From IMG/VR virus record IMGVR_UViG_3300030330_001568: a DNA stretch of 20,000 nt, one strand, 5' to 3'. Shown here one piece after another: positions 16,209 to 20,000 of the stretch (positions are counted from its first letter, which is position 1; each line of letters starts with the position of its first letter). The notes below the pieces were generated by a model, which saw only the letters and a program-made list of their open reading frames with translations, made no database searches and was not told the origin of the DNA. The translations under genes and the position numbers were made by a program. Origin of the DNA: an uncultured virus (IMG/VR IMGVR_UViG_3300030330_001568) (taxonomy: Duplodnaviria > Heunggongvirae > Uroviricota > Caudoviricetes > Crassvirales).

Positions 16209-16874
16209 ATGGAATTACCCACACAAGTTATTAAATCAAAAACAGTAAACCCCTCACTGTTAACTATCTTTGGACAGTCAAAAGTAGGGAAGACAACGAT
16301 GTTATCTAAATTAGATAACTGTTTAATTATTGATACAGAAAAGGGCACGAAGTATGTAGATGCTATGAAACTGCAAGTTAACAGCACATCTGAACTAAAA
16401 GCAGCAGTAAAAGCACTAAAAGAAGGTAACAATTATGATTACATTGCTCTTGATACTATTGATAATGTGGTTGCATGGTTCGAGAAGGACGTAGCAATTG
16501 CAAATAATGTAGAAAGCTATGCTAAAATCCCGTTTGGTGATGGTTATAATCAAGTAAGAACACGAGTCATGAATATGATTAATGCTCTTATGGAATGCTG
16601 TGAACAAGTTATTATTATAGGACACAGAAAGAAAACTATCATTGGTACGGACTCAGTAGAAGTTAATGTTAGCTCTCTAGATTTATCAGGAAAATTAAAG
16701 AACTATGTTATGGCTAAATCTGACGCTATTGGATTTGTATATAGAAGTGAGTCACAAGGCAAACTGCTTATCTCATTCCAATCTTCTGATGAAGTTGAAG
16801 CAGGTACAAGACTGCCTCATCTAGCCGGAAAGATCTTTGATTTTGAGTGGAAAAGAATATATAAATCAGATTAA
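16209..16874 (+). CDS. Sak4-like AAA ATPase (single-strand annealing recombinase)
   Basis: IFGQSKVGKTT, IIDTEKG, IALDTID, IIIGH, SDAIGF; AAA_24-type pattern, followed by an SSB-like gene. Confidence 0.8.
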   Translation: MELPTQVIKSKTVNPSLLTIFGQSKVGKTTMLSKLDNCLIIDTEKGTKYVDAMKLQVNSTSELKAAVKALKEGNNYDYIALDTIDNVVAWFEKDVAIANNVESYAKIPFGDGYNQVRTRVMNMINALMECCEQVIIIGHRKKTIIGTDSVEVNVSSLDLSGKLKNYVMAKSDAIGFVYRSESQGKLLISFQSSDEVEAGTRLPHLAGKIFDFEWKRIYKSD

Positions 16875-16879
16875 TTTTG
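16872..16879 (+). promoter_or_regulatory. TAnnTTTG element (TAATTTTG) upstream of the SSB-like gene
   Basis: Consensus match 43 nt upstream of the ATG at 16923. Confidence 0.35.
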
Positions 16880-16922
16880 TATATTGCATATACAATTTTA
16901 ATATAATTTTAAATCAATTTTT

Positions 16923-17546
16923 ATGTACAAATTAGTAGAAACTCAACCTAATACTAGCAACTACAAACTAATGAATGCTGGTATTAATGAGAATGTTAGT
17001 CTAGTAGACGTAACGTTCGACACTCTAAGACAAGATGGCACAGGAGGTAATGTAATTAGATTTTACTTCCAAGATGATGAAGGTGCTAAATTTACACAGA
17101 CTTATATGGAAGTTACATCCTTAGATAGACTCAAAGAGTCAGCTAAGAACGCTGCATCTTCTGGTAGACCTTGGTCTTCTACACCCGAACAATTACACAA
17201 AGACTTACTACGTAATGTAGGTGAGTCGTTATTTCATATATTGTGTGCTTTTGTTCCAAAAGAGAAGGCAATGTTACAAGGCGCTACATGGGATGAGCTT
17301 GGCAAGAACGTTATAGATCTTGTTGGTAACTCATATGAAGGTCTGAAGTTCAAGATAAAGTGTGTATATGACAAACAGGGTAAGTATTTACAGTTCCCTC
17401 AGCGTCCTCTACAACCTTTTATCTTATCTCAAGATAGTGATGTCAATTTAACTATTTCTTCTAGAGATAACTTAAATGCGGCAGCACCTACAAGTGAGGC
17501 AGAGATAACTAAAGAATCATCTGGTTCTGAAGGTGACCTCTGGTAA
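16923..17546 (+). CDS. Probable ssDNA-binding protein
   Basis: Downstream of Sak4-like gene; beta-rich core; flexible acidic tail ending in aromatic residue (EGDLW). Confidence 0.6.
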   Translation: MYKLVETQPNTSNYKLMNAGINENVSLVDVTFDTLRQDGTGGNVIRFYFQDDEGAKFTQTYMEVTSLDRLKESAKNAASSGRPWSSTPEQLHKDLLRNVGESLFHILCAFVPKEKAMLQGATWDELGKNVIDLVGNSYEGLKFKIKCVYDKQGKYLQFPQRPLQPFILSQDSDVNLTISSRDNLNAAAPTSEAEITKESSGSEGDLW

Positions 17547-17554
17547 ACTTGTAT

Positions 17555-17645
17555 CTTTATTTATGTTTTCGTGACATAAGTTTAGTTTAAATTTTTAATT
17601 TAGTTTTATAATTGAAGAGGGCACCCAGTGGTGTCCTTTTCTTAT
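17555..17645 (+). ncRNA. Candidate small RNA: hairpin, U-rich linker, terminator
   Basis: Hairpin TTATGTT-TTCGT-GACATAA (17561-17579), U-rich linker, then 12-bp stem GAAGAGGGCACC-CAGT-GGTGTCCTTTTC. Confidence 0.4.
17614..17645 (+). terminator. Intrinsic terminator
   Basis: GAAGAGGGCACC/GGTGTCCTTTTC stem, 4-nt loop, U-rich 3' side. Confidence 0.65.
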
Positions 17646-17658
17646 TAAATATAATAGT

Positions 17659-18654
17659 ATGTATAATTTAAATCCAGTTGTAACTAAAGAGTTTATACTA
17701 GATAGATTAGACCAAGTACAAATACTAGAGTATTACTTGGGCATACGTGTTAATAACAAGAGTGTTAGATCTCCTTTGCGAAGAGATAATAATCCTTCCT
17801 GTAGTTTTTGGGCAAATGGTAATGGTACTATTTACTTCAAGGACTGGGCTCAAGGATTTAGTGGTGATTGGATTAAGATAATACAATATAAGTATGGTCT
17901 TAATTATCAAGAGGCACTACAAAGGTGTGCAGAGGATTTTAATCTTGTTAATGGTAGAGGTGTAGTAAGTGTTGGTAAGATACAAGAGTATTCTAAAATT
18001 AAGTTAGAACCCAAAGAGTCTGTAATACAAATAAAGGTAAGACATTGGGATCAACATGATAGAGAGTATTGGTCATCGTATGGAATCAACCGAGGTACAC
18101 TAGATATGTATAATGTGTATCCATGTGAAATAGTATTCTACAATACCAAAGTCATATATTCTAGAGCTAAAAATGATTTAGCTTATGCATATAGATTTGG
18201 TGTAGGCAAGTATAAAATATATATGCCTCAGCGGAATGCATTTAGATGGATATCTAATTTTAATAGCTGGCAGGGTATGGATCAACTTCCTCCTTCAGGA
18301 TCATATTTGATTATTACTAAGTCTATGAAAGATGTTATGTGTCTTCGTAATCTTGGTATAATAGCATGTGCTCCTGCATCTGAGGTTGTACAAATAGAAG
18401 ATAAAGAGATTGAAGACTTATCCACAAGATTTCAACATCTGTTTTCTTTTATGGACTTTGATCTACCTGGTATTAAGATGGCTAACGTGTTGTTTAGAAA
18501 ATACAATGCTCAACCTATGTTTCTAACAAATGGTAGGTTTGGTAGTATAGACTATAGAGCAAAGGATATATCTGATTACTATCGCACGCATGGACTAGAG
18601 TCTACATTAAACTTAGTTGCACAAGCAAAAAAGAGATTTCCATGGATAAAATAG
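17659..18654 (+). CDS. DNA primase (crAss-like DnaG/TOPRIM type)
   Basis: Degenerate Zn-binding domain (SPLRRDNNPSCSF...FKDW..G.SGD) and TOPRIM region IITKSMKDVM...MDFDLPG...AKDISD. Confidence 0.85.
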   Translation: MYNLNPVVTKEFILDRLDQVQILEYYLGIRVNNKSVRSPLRRDNNPSCSFWANGNGTIYFKDWAQGFSGDWIKIIQYKYGLNYQEALQRCAEDFNLVNGRGVVSVGKIQEYSKIKLEPKESVIQIKVRHWDQHDREYWSSYGINRGTLDMYNVYPCEIVFYNTKVIYSRAKNDLAYAYRFGVGKYKIYMPQRNAFRWISNFNSWQGMDQLPPSGSYLIITKSMKDVMCLRNLGIIACAPASEVVQIEDKEIEDLSTRFQHLFSFMDFDLPGIKMANVLFRKYNAQPMFLTNGRFGSIDYRAKDISDYYRTHGLESTLNLVAQAKKRFPWIK

Positions 18655-19244
18655 AAATAAGTATACCTTTATTTTTAAAGAAGGTAATGATATCAAAAGC
18701 CAGAAGAATCAAATATTATAAACGAGGTGGTAAAATACCTAAAAAATATAAAAATAATAGTTTTGATTCTAGAGGTAGAATGATAGATGCAAACGGTGAG
18801 TTTGTTGTTGCAAATCCAAGAACTATTGGTAAACCAAAGTATCTTACTATAAACGGACAAGCATTATATAATGCAAGAATGAGTCCACATATAAGATCTA
18901 AGGTTGTAAACTCTGTAAAAGATTCTTTTATACCACATATGAAAGATTTAAAACCTATAGAGAATTTACCTGTAAGAATATCATTGAAAATGCATGATAC
19001 AATAAGACAGGCAAACTGGGATTTAGATAACCAGTGGCTTTATAACAAGTGTTTTCAGGATTTATTAGTAAAGAAAGGAATCATACCTGATGATGATATT
19101 AGATATGTTACAAAGTCAGCAGCACCAGAATTTGTGCCTGTTGATAATGAATCACAGCGTAAGCTAGTATTTATAATAGAGTCAGAAGAACGTGATGAAG
19201 TATTAAAACATAATTTTTATGATGAATTTTATAGCGAAGATTAG
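18642..19244 (+). CDS. RusA-like Holliday junction resolvase
   Basis: DLDNQW..KCFQDLL...GIIPDDDIRYV matches the RusA D.DN..K...D.L...G...DD pattern. Confidence 0.75.
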   Translation: MDKIEISIPLFLKKVMISKARRIKYYKRGGKIPKKYKNNSFDSRGRMIDANGEFVVANPRTIGKPKYLTINGQALYNARMSPHIRSKVVNSVKDSFIPHMKDLKPIENLPVRISLKMHDTIRQANWDLDNQWLYNKCFQDLLVKKGIIPDDDIRYVTKSAAPEFVPVDNESQRKLVFIIESEERDEVLKHNFYDEFYSED

Positions 19245-19698
19245 CAGCGGTAGAATTATACCGGATCAGCCTCTCGTAGTAAACGATGAGCTGAATACCT
19301 ACCATGAGAAAGTGGTAGAGATAACCATCAATAAAACGAACAAGCGTACCAATCCTCAGAATAGGTACTATTGGGGTGTAGTTGTACATCTCATTAGAGA
19401 AAGATTCATTGAGCTTGGCTATACTCGTACTGATATTGATGATCATAGTGTTACCAGTCCATTGACTAGAGACGATGTACATCAGTTTCTTAGATCTAAT
19501 TTTCTAAGAGATGATATAGTTTCTGGTGATGGTGAGGTATTAGGAACATTATCAAAGTCTACTAAACAATTGTCTACGGACGAATTTGTTAAGTATCTAG
19601 ATAATGTAAGAAACTGGGCGGTAGGTAGTTTAGATATAGAGATACCAGACCCCAAAACAGAAATTAAATATGACATTAAAATAGAAAATAATGGGTAA
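19219..19698 (+). CDS. NinB/Orf-like recombination accessory protein
   Basis: KRTNPQNRYYWGVV...DDVHQFL...STKQLSTDEFVKYLDNVRNWA...IEIPDP. Confidence 0.7.
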   Translation: MMNFIAKISSGRIIPDQPLVVNDELNTYHEKVVEITINKTNKRTNPQNRYYWGVVVHLIRERFIELGYTRTDIDDHSVTSPLTRDDVHQFLRSNFLRDDIVSGDGEVLGTLSKSTKQLSTDEFVKYLDNVRNWAVGSLDIEIPDPKTEIKYDIKIENNG

Positions 19699-19933
19699 AA
19701 TGAAACAACTGTTTATTGAAATGCAAGAACAAGCAGCTCAAGAAGCTAGAGATCAAGCAGGCATGAATGTTCCAGAAGAACCTATGATGACTAGTAATAA
19801 GACACCAGCAATAATGTGTCCTAATTGTTACAAGAGTTATCTAGTTTTTAACTGGAAAACTAATGAAGCCAATTGTGAAAAGTGCGGGCATGAATTTGTT
19901 CATGTAGGAGATAATACAGTAAAATTTAAGTAA
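19691..19933 (+). CDS. Small Zn-ribbon protein
   Basis: CPNC-x13-CEKCG. Confidence 0.7.
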   Translation: MGKMKQLFIEMQEQAAQEARDQAGMNVPEEPMMTSNKTPAIMCPNCYKSYLVFNWKTNEANCEKCGHEFVHVGDNTVKFK

Positions 19934-19954
19934 AACAATTTAAGTAAAACAATT
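19923..19954 (+). repeat. 14-bp tandem duplication AATTTAAGTAAAAC (x2.3)
   Basis: Copies at 19923-19936 and 19937-19950, plus partial AATT. Confidence 0.9.
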
Positions 19955-20000
19955 ATGAAAATAGTAAGTAATTCTGATATTCAGAGTGTAGGAACTGTTA
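19955..20000 (+). CDS. Start of next gene (truncated)
   Basis: ATG at 19955 with A-rich leader; MKIVSNSDIQSVGTV, open to the edge. Confidence 0.6.
   Translation, partial: MKIVSNSDIQSVGTV

Noticed and set aside
7887..19676. Minus-strand ORFs at 7887, 11813, 12053, 12786, 14421, 16187, 16416, 17725, 19171, 19482
   Set aside because: Antisense to coherent plus-strand genes; composition typical of shadow ORFs.
1..20000. Stop-codon recoding (TAG or TGA) as in some gut crAss-like phages
   Set aside because: Long genes are intact in code 11, and TAG and TGA both terminate genes at overlaps with the next start (e.g. 10307, 13175, 14699, 19244).

Overview
AT-rich 20 kb segment of a crAss-like (Crassvirales-type) tailed phage, most likely infecting an environmental Bacteroidota/Flavobacteria host. 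Host evidence: A-rich, Shine-Dalgarno-less translation starts and TAnnTTTG promoter elements. Two divergent arms meet at a structured, GC-richer switch region (~6950-7310). The minus arm (1-6904) is the late/packaging module: small proteins including a divergent Acb2/Tad1-like protein, a wHTH protein, an HU/IHF-like protein, a Zn-ribbon protein, large terminase, portal and the start of a probable scaffold gene. The plus arm (7313-20000) has small early genes and an envelope-directed cassette (DUF4846-like Cys/His hydrolase, micro-lipoprotein, TM micropeptide). It continues with a replication/recombination module: PolA, SF2 helicase, initiator-like protein, DnaB-like helicase, Sak4-like ATPase, SSB-like protein, primase, RusA-like and NinB-like proteins. 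The genetic code is standard. Several real-looking small ORFs are missing from the supplied track, and two or three candidate structured/antisense RNAs are present. All family calls are from motif recognition by eye; no database search was run.
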